A DNA stretch of 63,447 nucleotides, the filler included. It is 5 parts of 5 records of this genome, joined end to end, with 100 filler letters (N's around TTAATTAATTAA, not from the genome) between each part and the next. Parts side by side here need not be neighbours in the genome. Positions count along the whole stretch, not along the records: positions 17,688 to 33,922 come from SRR20825019_3078; positions 34,023 to 45,302 come from SRR20825019_3088; 3 more parts are not named here. The stretch is one strand, 5' to 3'. Below, piece after piece: positions 24,330 through 34,570 of this stretch. The translations under genes were made by a program, and so were the position numbers. The notes beneath the pieces are model-generated. The model had not been told where the DNA came from. It saw only the letters and a list, made by a program, of their open reading frames with translations, and did not search any database. The first letter of the stretch is position 1; each line of letters begins with the position of its first letter.

Positions 24330-25657
24330 GAAGCGAGGAAACTCTTTCCAAAGCCTGGCGACGGCTAAAGGACAACAACGATGATATATTAAATCCGGAC
24401 TGTTCGGCAGCGGCCCGGAGCGGCTGCCCGCCTGGCCCCGCACTAACGGCGTAGTCACCAGTGAAGCAGGTGGTGAGCCAGAGTCGTGGACATCTCCCAG
24501 GCGTTCCGCACCGAGCGGATGGGGCAGTCATGATCGGAAGGGGTCGCCGGGCCCGGGGGGAAGGACCCGGATGGCCGCCTAAAGTGTGACCCCACTGGCG
24601 GCACCCCCGCCGGCAGTGACCGCCCGGCGACGAGACGTGCTCACTCTCCAGTGAGCGGCCGGCACCGGCCGGCCCCGCGGCGGCGCGCGGCCTGGGGGGT
24701 CCGGCTGGGGGCCGCCGCGCACTGAACCACGGCTGAGCGCCCGCCCTTGTCATGGCAGGGCAGTGGGCCAACTCGGAGTCGTCGGCGCGGCCGCCCCGGG
24801 CTGACGGAGTCTCCTCGGCACCTCTCCGTCCGACAGTCTGCCGGGAAGGGAGCTGCGGGCGGGCCGGGCCCCGGCCGGGCCCGGGCGAGGGCCCGGGCGG
24901 CCCGCCGGGCGGCGCGAAGCAACTGCGTGAAATGGCGCGAAAATCTTGTGGTCAATACACCCCGATCGCTGGGAAACTATCGCATCAGGACATCCCCATT
25001 CGGGATGAATAGATTGCAGCTGACGGAAGAGGTCGAGTCGTGCGGGATTGGGCCACCCGGCAGCCGGCCGGCGGCCCAAACTTTGACCCCGGCCGGACCT
25101 CGTCAGATCCCACCCGCACGGCACTGTCGGGCACTGGATGAGTGCCGCGCGGTCCTCCCCGGTGTCTTGGCCGCCGTCGGCCCCGCGGCCTGAGGGTTCC
25201 GGCCGCGGCGGGCCGGCCAACAAGGGCGGATTATCCGAAGCTGATGACTCGTGTCAGTGAGGACGATGATGAAGTTGCCCTCCAGCAAGCCGGCGTCTGT
25301 CTGACGCAGTATTGTCGGCGGCATTGATTGACGTCCGTGACTTGGTGGCCCGCGCCCGAGTCATGGGACCTGGGCCGGGGCGCTCCGGACTCTCAGTGTG
25401 CTAGCCGCTGGTGAGAGTGGGATCGTGATTTCGCCATGGTCACGCCCAAACCTCAAGACAACGGCCGATAGACCCAAACTCCCCTCCGACCTGTGACCAC
25501 CTATCGAACATCGTAAGTACCCCCCAAGGACTACAAAATTGATAAATTACTTGCACAGGCAAATAATTTTCATAGGTACCAGAAAACTGCTGTACCTTGA
25601 TCGAGTATCTTGTCGATGCAGTAGAAGGTTATCGCTTTGCAAGAAGGACTGCTCAAC

Positions 25658-26380
25658 ATGGCGTCTCAGAAAACTAGGCAACGCGTTGATACGCGAGTCA
25701 GGAGGAACCGCTGCAAGTTTTCTGAGAACCTTAGGAGTCATATTATGAACTACGTGTTGACATCTTCTGTGCACACACCCCGTAACGTATCAGAACTCGA
25801 TTTCCTGCAGGTATACTTCGCACTTCTCGCGCGGAAAAGGCATCTAGATAGAGTACGTGTAGGAAAGAAGAGGACAAACTTTCGATTTTTGCCTAAAGTA
25901 GTTGAAGCAATGATGTATGAAATTATTGGTCCGACCGTCGAGACAACGGATAAAGAAGCAGAGCAGACGTTGCTTTGGTACCGATCGGGTCCTGTTGAAC
26001 TTCGATATGTGCAGTGGCCGAGTCTAGTTAGAGACCTCGATCGCCTTCGAGTTAGAAAAGACTTCAAGAGCGTATTCGGAGAGCGGCCACTGCTGGAGCC
26101 AGGCCTTGGTCGCTTACAGGAGAAGTCGGTCGAATTCGGTCGTGAACGGAGATGTCGTGAGACCCAGGCGGACTATGATACTGATAGTACTGTGGAGAAG
26201 GAAGGGAGTACCCTGTCAGGGGAGTCTGAGAGTGTGAGCCTCGATCCCGTTTCCGCGCCTGCATTTGGGCCACTCGCTACTCGAACTGGCCGTTGTTCGA
26301 GCAACGTCCTTAAGCCAGTCCCTATCAAGCTTCGGCCGACAGTAGGGACCTCAGCGTTTTCAACAGTTCAGAGGAGATGA
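25658..26380 (+). CDS. Hypothetical basic protein
   Basis: 240-aa frame from ATG 25658 with normal coding composition; no family recognised. Confidence 0.55.
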   Translation: MASQKTRQRVDTRVRRNRCKFSENLRSHIMNYVLTSSVHTPRNVSELDFLQVYFALLARKRHLDRVRVGKKRTNFRFLPKVVEAMMYEIIGPTVETTDKEAEQTLLWYRSGPVELRYVQWPSLVRDLDRLRVRKDFKSVFGERPLLEPGLGRLQEKSVEFGRERRCRETQADYDTDSTVEKEGSTLSGESESVSLDPVSAPAFGPLATRTGRCSSNVLKPVPIKLRPTVGTSAFSTVQRR

Positions 26381-26599
26381 TGAAAGCAAAATCGAGTTGA
26401 TAGTCAGAACAGAAGGCCTATAATGAATATATGGCTCCAACAGATTTGTCTGATACTACCTCGGTACTCGGGCCGAAGTTATGTAATTGTTAATGATCGC
26501 TGTGGACATCGCAGCAGTCTTATTAAAGTGATTCCTATAGAAAGAACCTATGCATGTGGAACAAGGTTGTCAAGAATCGAATGGACAAAATGCTCGGAT

Positions 26600-28631
26600 T
26601 TACTCATTGCCCATAAAAGGAGCAACCACTTCGGCAACACGACCCTCACGAATGAGGCGAACAGTGGCTTCAATGTCGGGGGACATTACACGATCTTTGT
26701 CCCATGGCGCAACCTTCTCACGCAGAAGAGCGTGGACAGCTTCCAAAGGTGCCGTCGTTTTCAAGGGTCTCAAGAACTCAATAGCCTGAGCTGCTGCCAA
26801 AAGCTCGATGGCAAGTACAGTCTCAACGTGTTCTACAACACGTAGGGCTTTGCGCGCTGACCAGCCTCCCATGCTCACATGATCCTCCTTAGAAGCCGAC
26901 GTGGGGATAGAGTCAATGGAAGAAGGATGGCAGAGTACCTTGTTTTCAGACACCAGAGCAGCAGCAGTGCAGTGAGCAATCATAAATCCAGAGTTGAGGC
27001 CACCCTCCTGAACAAGGAATGCAGGCACACCGCTCAAAGCGGGGTTTGTCATTCTCTCGATACGGCGCTCGCTGATATTGCAAACCTCGTGAATTCCAAT
27101 GGCCAAGTAATCCAACACCTTGGCGGGGTATTCACCATGGAAGTTTCCTCCTGAGATGATGTCATTGCGCTCGGCAAACACCATAGGGTTGTCGGTGGCA
27201 CTGTTCATTTCAGTTTGGAGCACACTGCGCACGAAGTCCACAGTATCCAGTGCAATACCATGGACCTGTGGCACACAACGCAGGGTGTAAGAGTCTTGAA
27301 CCTTATCACAATCCTTGTGGCTCAAGGCGATTTCTGATGGGTATCGGTCAGAATTGAGCAAAGCGCGCAAACGTGCAGCCACACGCTTCTGGCCGTGGTG
27401 AGGGCGAGCGTTGTGAATGTCAGGATCAAAAGCACGGGTAGTTCCCTTCAGAGCCTCTACCGTCAAAGCGCAGATAATGTCAGCTTGAATGAGGCAATTG
27501 CGCGCACGAGTGCAAGCCTCGGAACCCAGAGCAGTAATCAACTGGGTGCCATTGATGAGAGCAAGTCCCTCCTTAGCCTTGAGGCGCAAAGGCTTCAGGT
27601 TGTGCTTCTTCAAAATATCACCTGCGCTACCCCAGCCAGTAGCCGCGCTCCACATATCACCTTCTCCCATGAGACCCAGCGCGAGGTGAGACAACGGAGC
27701 AAGATCCCCCGACGCACCAACAGTCCCTTTCTCGGGAATGCAGGGAAGGCAATTGTTATTGAAGGCATCCAAAATACCCTGTAGTGTCTCACGCGAAACA
27801 CCACTGCGACCCTTGGCCAATACATTGATACGAAGAATCATCATCATACGAACTCTCTGGGGAGGAAGCGGGTTACCAACTCCAGCGGCATGAGAACGAA
27901 TGAGATTATCTTGCAACTCCTCTAGTTTTTCATGAGAAATGACGGTGGTCGCAAAGTTTCCAAAACCAGTGTTGATTCCATACACAACGCGCCTTTCAGC
28001 TACGATATCGTCCACCATTTTCCTGGACCGGGCAACCCTGCCCCATGCTTCCTCAGAAAGATCAAGAAGAGTCTTACCATCACTCAGAGCAAGAAGGGCC
28101 TCAGGAGTTAAGGTTTCGCCATCAAGATAAACTTTGTTGGCGTCAAGAGACAAGGTGGACAGGTGCTGCCTGGTATTGAAAACTCAGAGTTATTCGCGGT
28201 ATCTACTCACATTATACATACTGTTCGTGAGCGCGGTATTTCAAGTCAATGTCGCCCTCAGTTTTAGTCAAAAAGTCAGAGTGCTCTTCCCAAGCAGTAG
28301 TAGCTTGGCCACCGAAAGCAACCGGGCGATAAACTTCAGCAGAAACAGGCACTTGGTCAAAAACGGCAACGAGATGGTCATTGTCGTCAAGAACATCGCG
28401 AATATCGTCATCGGGATCCAAAACCCCGGCGTCGACCTTAAGCTAATGCTTCAGCTTGAGGGGTTGTAATGAAGAATGCATACGTACCTTATGAAGGACA
28501 TTGACCTTCTTGTCCAAGCCCTGCTTGGTGGCACGCCGTTCAATCTCCTCAATGAGGCTCTTCACTGAAACCAGGGTTTCCTTACAAGGAACAACAATAG
28601 TTTTACTTCCAAGCGCAACAGAAAATTTCAT
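26600..28631 (-). CDS. HAL: Histidine ammonia-lyase with Par3/HAL N-terminal domain, 2 introns
   Basis: [21 protein letters not shown] (MIO Ala-Ser-Gly), [28 protein letters not shown]. Upstream exons [16 protein letters not shown] and [15 protein letters not shown] splice in frame. Confidence 0.95.
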
Positions 28632-29778
28632 CCTGATAAAGATATCAAGATGTCATGGCTGGACCACATATTAAAACCCTGCAGTGGGTTGTTTTGCATA
28701 TCCGGCGCTTTTGCCAGCTGTGACAGACCGCAAGGATTCGCCCAGCCTTTCACAGAGAGGAGTGCGCCCTTCGAGCTTTGTCGTATGCGGCAGCACTGAA
28801 CACAAGCGCTTCAAGCGCTTGGGTGGGAGCACGTGGCGCCGCGGCTGCCCCGAAGAATGTTGGGCCTTTGTTAGAAAGCTTGCAAACTCGGGATGGCCCG
28901 ATTCAACGTGGCCAATCACGCATCGGTCCGCCCACCGTCGTTCATTGGACACTTGCTCAGAGTCTCATCACTGCGGACCATGCACTCGGCGGCCGCTGAC
29001 CGCAGCCGAAGGAGCCGACGAGGGTACGGGGGGGGCCGGGGTCGGGTCGGGGACGACTCCACAGGCACGACCACTGGATCGCACCATTGCTCGGGCGGCT
29101 TGCGCTCAATCAGTGCCGCCATGAGTGCCGTGCTGTCGTCCCTCTGGCGGGCTGTGGTGTGCGGTCTGGGTGGCCGATTGATCCGGATCAGGCACGGGTC
29201 TGGGTCAGCTGGCTATGCCACCTGCCAGGCTGCCAGTGAGGGCCTCCGGCCCGCCACCTCAGACTGATATAATGGACACGTGTACAACCGTCGGGGCGCC
29301 ATCGTCTTGGCCTAGTTGAGAGTGTGTGTGATGATGAGACCCCGGCGCCCGCGCCGTGAGAGAGCGTCGGAGTTCGCTCGGCCGGCGACGGCCCGCCCCC
29401 CCGGCCCGGCCCGGCCCCTCATCAGTCCTGACGGCTAACGGCGCGAGCCCCCGGCCCCGGGCGCCCCCGCCGCGCCCGCCGGCCGCCCGTCATCATGATG
29501 GCGATGCCCGGCGGCGGGCGGCCAAACACGGCACTGCGTACGCAGTGCCCAACAACTAGTTTGGGGACCTGAGTGGCCGGGTTGGGGCAGCCCACCGCCG
29601 GGTCAGTCGGGAGCCGCGGCTGGACGCGCGGAGCAGAGATGCCTGACGGCCCTTCAGCCAGTGGAGTGGGAGTCGTTACTTGCTCTTGCAGGCACTCGGT
29701 GGCAGCGTGGAAATATTTATGTGACCCTACGACAATTCTTTTGACACTAGTTGAGACAAGCATAGTCAGTTCATTTGT

Positions 29779-31038
29779 ATGAGTGGCTCCAAGAGAGATG
29801 TTCAGGAAAGCTCGGACTTGGCTCCCCCGGCGAAACGGCAAAAGGCAGAAGCCATCCCAGATATGGAGAAGGACGTTGTCGTGAACGGCTGCTCTTTGAA
29901 ATACTACATAAGAGAATCAGAAGGTGCAAGTGCCAAGCATACGATACTGTTTCTACATGGGTGGGTACTGCTCTCTCCCCCTTTTTTCTGCAGGGACGGT
30001 GACACTCTAGTGCAGATGGTGCTCTTCTCATGAGTGCTGGGAGTCTGTTCGAAACAAACTGAGGGGCGATGTTCGTAGTGTCGCAGTAGATCATAGAGGT
30101 TGTGGCAATAGTGCCGCTGTAGGCACACCGGAGGAGAATACCATTGCTCAAATAAGGTGCGTGAATGAAGGAGAGAAGCTACAATACCTTGTTGAGAACG
30201 CTCTGGTAGGGATGATACCATTGCCTTTATTGAGGCAGTACTCAAAGACCATATTCCCGTGACGCTATGCGGTATATCTTTGGGTGGGTTGCCGTTGTAT
30301 TTTAGTGATCCATGATGTGAACGATTGAAAATACACAGGGGCTGCTGTGTGTTCGGAAGTTATAGCTCATCGGGGGGACCTTGTCGATCGAGTCATCATG
30401 ATAGCATCTGCTCCTTTTGACGGCTTGGGGTACGTTGACTGGAGCACATAAATGCTCTTATTCCTTGGGCTTAAGACTTCTTGCAGAAACAAGGTGCGCG
30501 AAAGTTACTTGAGTGACCAACTAGAATTGAGAAGAAAGGCCAAGGAGAGTGGGGTTCGTGTTTCCATTTCAGAATCTGCATGTTAGTGTCCTTAACCATA
30601 TAGCAGGACACAAGCGCTCTGTTGTCTGGTAAACTAGACCATCGCGTACCGAATCCGGATGCGCTACGGCGGGCGACTGAGACAAATTTGAAATGCTCTG
30701 ATGAGCATTTCATTGGTCTCTTTAACTCTCTGAAGACATGGAGCATTCCGGAGTACATGACTTCGAAAGAAAGGAAGCATCACGTACTTATAATGGTTGG
30801 AGATTCGGACATCTTGTCTCCCTTCCAGATCAGAGACTACCTTACATGCCCCAAGGAGTAGGGAATGCGTGGTGAAATTTTGCGGGAATATTGCACTAAT
30901 GGGCTTATTCGCAGCACGACCGGGCTGCAGGTGTTTGTGAGGGTTGGCCACGGAGTCTGTCGAGAAATACCAGATGAAGTTGTTACAGTGCTGGAAGATT
31001 ACCTGGAGCACGGTATCCAAAGGATGCCTCAACCCTAG
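29779..31038 (+). CDS. Alpha/beta hydrolase, multi-exon
   Basis: ILFLHGW, VAVDHRGCGNS, GISLGAA nucleophile elbow, VGDSDIL acid, VGHG histidine. Some internal micro-exon boundaries are uncertain. Confidence 0.85.
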
Positions 31039-31117
31039 AGAGTGTTTGTTTCTCTAATTACTGTGGCGTGCCAATGTATCGCAGGATTAAGTAAATCAAT
31101 GTAGGGCTACACTCCAT

Positions 31118-32901
31118 TTATATCTTGAACATGGACATGTCGATGTCTCCAACAGCATATTCCCGTGCAATATTTCGGATCAATTCCTTCTTTTCAGTGC
31201 TGCGATGACAAGACAAATCATAGAGAGTTGCCAAATTGAACACGATCGAGTCGGTTAGACCTTCCTCCGGATATTTCTTGATGAGAATTTCCAGTGTTTC
31301 TGTACAACAATCAACTCTATGATACCCAGATATTCCATGCCAACCCGCAACTTACCAATCGCCTTGTGTAACTGACCCACATATAGTCGCGCTATCGCGA
31401 GGTTATTTACCGCTGCATCATTGCATTGGTAATTGATGAGGGTTTGGCGAATGCATTCACCCACCTGCTATATTCTTTGGATTATCCTCTACAGCAGCCT
31501 GGAAATCATCAACAGCCGCCCTAAAATTCCCTTGGCATACATTCAAGAGCCCACGGCTTAAGTTGAAGTTAATGGCGTGGTCATCTGACGCGAGGCATTC
31601 GACTTTGTCAAATATATCTTCGGCAGCCCTCAAGTTTCCCATCTGTTCTCCACTCAGCTGAAATCTTGGCACCTCCACTGCGCAACCAGCTCACCTGAAG
31701 AAATACCAGTCCCAAGTTATACAAAAGCGTAGGATCTTTCCCTGAGTAAGCATTAAGATACTCCAGCAATTTTACAGCAGAGGAGAACTCCTTCTGCATG
31801 ATGTGGAGATTGACCAAGACAAATATAACTCTCAATTCCCTATTCCGCCAATCCTCCAGAGTCCCTCTGTCTACAGCCTTTGCCTTTGTAGCACCGCCCT
31901 CATCAGCAGCGAGGCCGTCCAAAATATTTGCCACTCCCTCTTGTGGAAGAAACTATGGCCACATGTTAGTGCAGTTTCGAAAGCCTTCCCACCCACGTAC
32001 ATGAGGGGCACGCCCCGGCTGGCTGTTGACCTCTACACTGACAGCATTGCTCTCGCTCTTTAGAACTTCCGACCACGTGGATGCACGCCTACGACCAGAC
32101 AGGAAGTCAATCCATTATTTAGTGCAGAGAGGCCAAGATACCTTGTACGGGCCAAGTACGGTCCAACCAGAATTGTCAGATCTCTCTCGCTTTCTTCCTC
32201 CTTTGACTCCAAAGCCGCAATATTCTCAGAGCAGACATGAAGAAGATGGAACAGCCTATCAATCGATGTGCGAGTATTCCCCAGAAAGTGAGGAAGTACG
32301 GCAAACAGCATTTCTAGAGAGAAGGGGACCATCGAGCCCTTCTTGCCTTGGTACTTCTCTTCATATGTTTCATATCTGTACGTGGTATCGTCTAGGGGCT
32401 TTAGAGTTGCAAACTCATTCGCGGCGTCCTAGTCCGATCAGTCTCATACCCTCACATGGTCACTAACACCCACCAACCTGGTATGCCTTCCTTTTGGTGA
32501 GCGCCAATACTCTGGCTAACTTGAGCCGTAGCTCCTCTTCCATACCGTCGGGTGTAATTCGACTAGAGAGGGTTATAACCTCAACCCACCTTTCCTTCCC
32601 CTACATTCGTATGTGAATGCGAAGCACTGACATCTCACTTCCTGCTATCCATACCACTAGCTCTGCAAGAGCCTCCATAGTCGTTGGCATGTCTTCGACG
32701 CCTTTCTTCTTTTCAGGAACCTCTCTGCCCATGAACTGCGCCACATTCAACGCGTCTGGTGAATGTGCAGCAGCAACAGCTGGCGGTGGACCCGCGAGAG
32801 GGTGCGATATTGCCTCTGGACGCATTTTTAGAAAGATTGCCTTCGTGGGCTCTCACCAACCACTCCTTACGCTGAATTCCAGCTTGCACCTTTTGCTCCA
32901 T
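31118..32901 (-). CDS. TRAPPC12: Trafficking protein particle complex subunit 12 (TPR protein), multi-exon
   Basis: YRYETYEEKYQGKKGSMVPFSLEMLFAVLPHFLGN..SIDRL, NNLAIARLYVGQL and IVFNLATLYDL match TRAPPC12/TTC15 motifs. Start ATG 32901 is inferred via an intron. Confidence 0.85.
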
Positions 32902-33922
32902 CACAGAAGTTGTTTTCTGCTTATGTAAGTTAAATGGAAGGACACATATATCGGCCGCTCGGAGTCACGGTGCCAGAGAAAACTCTTGGAAACCATCGCC
33001 GGTGGAGGCCGGGCGGCCACACCTGGGAATCAGACGGCGCCCCCCCCCCTCCTGGCGGGTAACGAAAGCCGGGAGGCCTGCCGGGCCAGTTTCAGTTTGC
33101 CGGCCGGTGTTACCGGCCACTAGGCTAGCCCGGGCCGGCCCGAGCCGGCCGGGCCATTGGAGCAGCAGCTGGACTGGGCGGGCCCCTCGGGACGCGGCGC
33201 GTGTCGTTGCCGGGCCCAGGCCCCGGCCCGGTGACTGCTCAGCCAGCGACCAGCGCCAGGCTTGGTTTGAAGGTCACCCAAGTCAGCACGCCAGAGGCGG
33301 CAGGGCAGCTGCCTCGTGCAGTCGTATGGCCGCGTACCCGGTCGTCAACCACGGCCGGTGCCGGTGTCCTCCCTTCCGAGCGGATGAGGGGTCCGGGGAA
33401 TGCACCCGGACGGAGCCGGAGGTGGCAAGAGGGAGGTGCGGGGTGTTCCCACATCAGTTCGCATCACTCACCGCACCGAGTCGGATGCGGCGAATCCGGA
33501 CCCGGTGGTGCCTCGGGTGAGTTGAGCGATGATCATCCGGCGTAGGGACGGCGGCGGGCCCACGTCACTGACTCAGACTCACAGGCGACCTTGCACGGCC
33601 AGGCCGCCCCCGGCCCCCTCACCGGGTCGGCACGCCGCGAATCACGCCATCCGCGAACCGGCGCCGGAGGAGGCGACGCCTCTCCCGCCCGACCCAGTCC
33701 GGCCTCCCGTCCCAGCTGCCGGTCTGAAGTGATGACCACCCGGTGCGCCAGGCGGCGTCCCTGAGTGCTGGCCGGGTCCGGGGCGGTGAGTGGGCGGCGC
33801 GGCCAGCCGGGAGTACTGGTTGGCCACACTCAGTGCACGGAGTGCCCCCGCCAACTGAATCCGTCGTCCGCCGGTGTCTTGGGGCATTATTCCCGGCAGG
33901 GGGGGGGGGGGGGGGGGGGGGG

Positions 33923-34022
33923 NNNNNNNNNNNNNNNNNNNNNNNNNNNNNNNNNNNNNNNNNNNNTTAATTAATTAANNNNNNNNNNNNNNNNNNNNNN
34001 NNNNNNNNNNNNNNNNNNNNNN
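33923..34022. other. Artificial contig linker (eukaryote to bacterium boundary)
   Basis: Same 100-nt linker; base composition switches abruptly to AT-rich. Confidence 0.98.
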
Positions 34023-34051
34023 AGCGCGTCTACCAATTCCGCCACTCGAGC
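34023..34051 (-). tRNA. tRNA-Leu 5' portion (29 nt, cut by contig end; anticodon not visible)
   Basis: Minus strand GCTCGAGTGGCGGAATTGGTAGACGCGCT: acceptor-stem 5' strand plus the D-arm TGGCGGAATTGGTAGACGCG typical of bacterial tRNA-Leu. Confidence 0.75.
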
Positions 34052-34052
34052 A

Positions 34053-34301
34053 TTATTTGGTGGAATCTCTAAGAGTTTTTAATTTCTCTTTACCTATTCC
34101 AGATTTCCAATACTTTTCTTTTATTCGTCCTTCTTTTCTGTCGTTACAAACTTCAGAAAAAATTAATTCAAATGGAAGATAAGGTTTTGTTGTTCTTTCT
34201 CTTCCTGAATTGTGCCTGTTAATGCGTTCTTTAAGGTTGCTTGTCATTCCTACATATATGTAATTAGTTTTTAAACTTGATATTGCATATACCGTAATCA
34301 T
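34053..34301 (-). CDS. Small stand-alone GIY-YIG nuclease (82 aa)
   Basis: MITVYAISS..YIYVGMTSNLKERINRHNSG..TKPYLPFELIFSE..RIKEKYWKSG: GIY/YIG strands with conserved Arg, His and Glu; ATG at 34301. Confidence 0.9.
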   Translation of the reverse strand: MITVYAISSLKTNYIYVGMTSNLKERINRHNSGRERTTKPYLPFELIFSEVCNDRKEGRIKEKYWKSGIGKEKLKTLRDSTK

Positions 34302-34321
34302 GGTCAATAATTTAAAGCGCG

Positions 34322-34341
34322 CCTGCCTGTCGGTAGACAGG
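34322..34341. repeat. 20-nt palindromic insertion CCTGCCTGTCGGTAGACAGG
   Basis: Imperfect palindrome absent from the other tRNA copy. Confidence 0.85.
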
Positions 34342-34355
34342 TCTACCAATTCCGC

Positions 34356-34374
34356 CCTGCCTACCGCAGGCAGG
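34356..34374. repeat. 19-nt palindromic insertion CCTGCCTACCGCAGGCAGG
   Basis: CCTGCCT/AGGCAGG perfect 7-bp arms; absent from the other tRNA copy. Confidence 0.85.
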
Positions 34375-34437
34375 CACTCGAGCATTATTCTTGAATTAAT
34401 AGAATAGAAAAATAGTAATTCTATCAATTTCGGAATG

Positions 34438-34445
34438 CAAAACTA
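34438..34445 (-). promoter_or_regulatory. Bacteroidota sigma-70 -7 element driving the tRNA/GIY-YIG transcript
   Basis: Minus strand TAGTTTTG(CA) matches TAnnTTTG, about 55 nt upstream of the disrupted tRNA copy. Confidence 0.6.
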
Positions 34446-34510
34446 TAAAATATTTTCAATCTTCAAGCTAAAAATAGTAACAAAATGCTTTAAGAGTTGG
34501 AATAAATTTC

Positions 34511-34518
34511 TAAATTTG
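34511..34518 (+). promoter_or_regulatory. Bacteroidota -7 promoter element for prs
   Basis: TAAATTTG(CA) matches TAnnTTTG, 52 nt before the prs ATG. Confidence 0.65.
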
Positions 34519-34570
34519 CACCTCATTTTACATGAGATAGCGATAATTAACTATTAAACAAGATATTACA

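Larger units (their letters stand above)
34316..34383 (-). pseudogene. Second, disrupted copy of the tRNA-Leu 5' half
   Basis: Deleting 34322-34341 and 34356-34374 from 34316-34389 leaves agcgcgtctaccaattccgccactcgagcattatt, identical to 34023-34057. Confidence 0.85.

Noticed and set aside
1-33922. Naming the eukaryote's lineage; alternative genetic code or non-canonical introns
   Set aside because: No rRNA or diagnostic marker is present; all introns traced were GT-AG and genes use standard stops.
34023-34389. CRISPR array or integrase att site
   Set aside because: Only two repeats, tRNA-derived, separated by a gene; no cas or integrase gene in the window.
34302-34427. 124-aa extended version of the GIY-YIG ORF
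   Set aside because: The extension translates promoter and pseudo-tRNA sequence; the family-typical start is ATG 34301. Kept only as a speculative finding.
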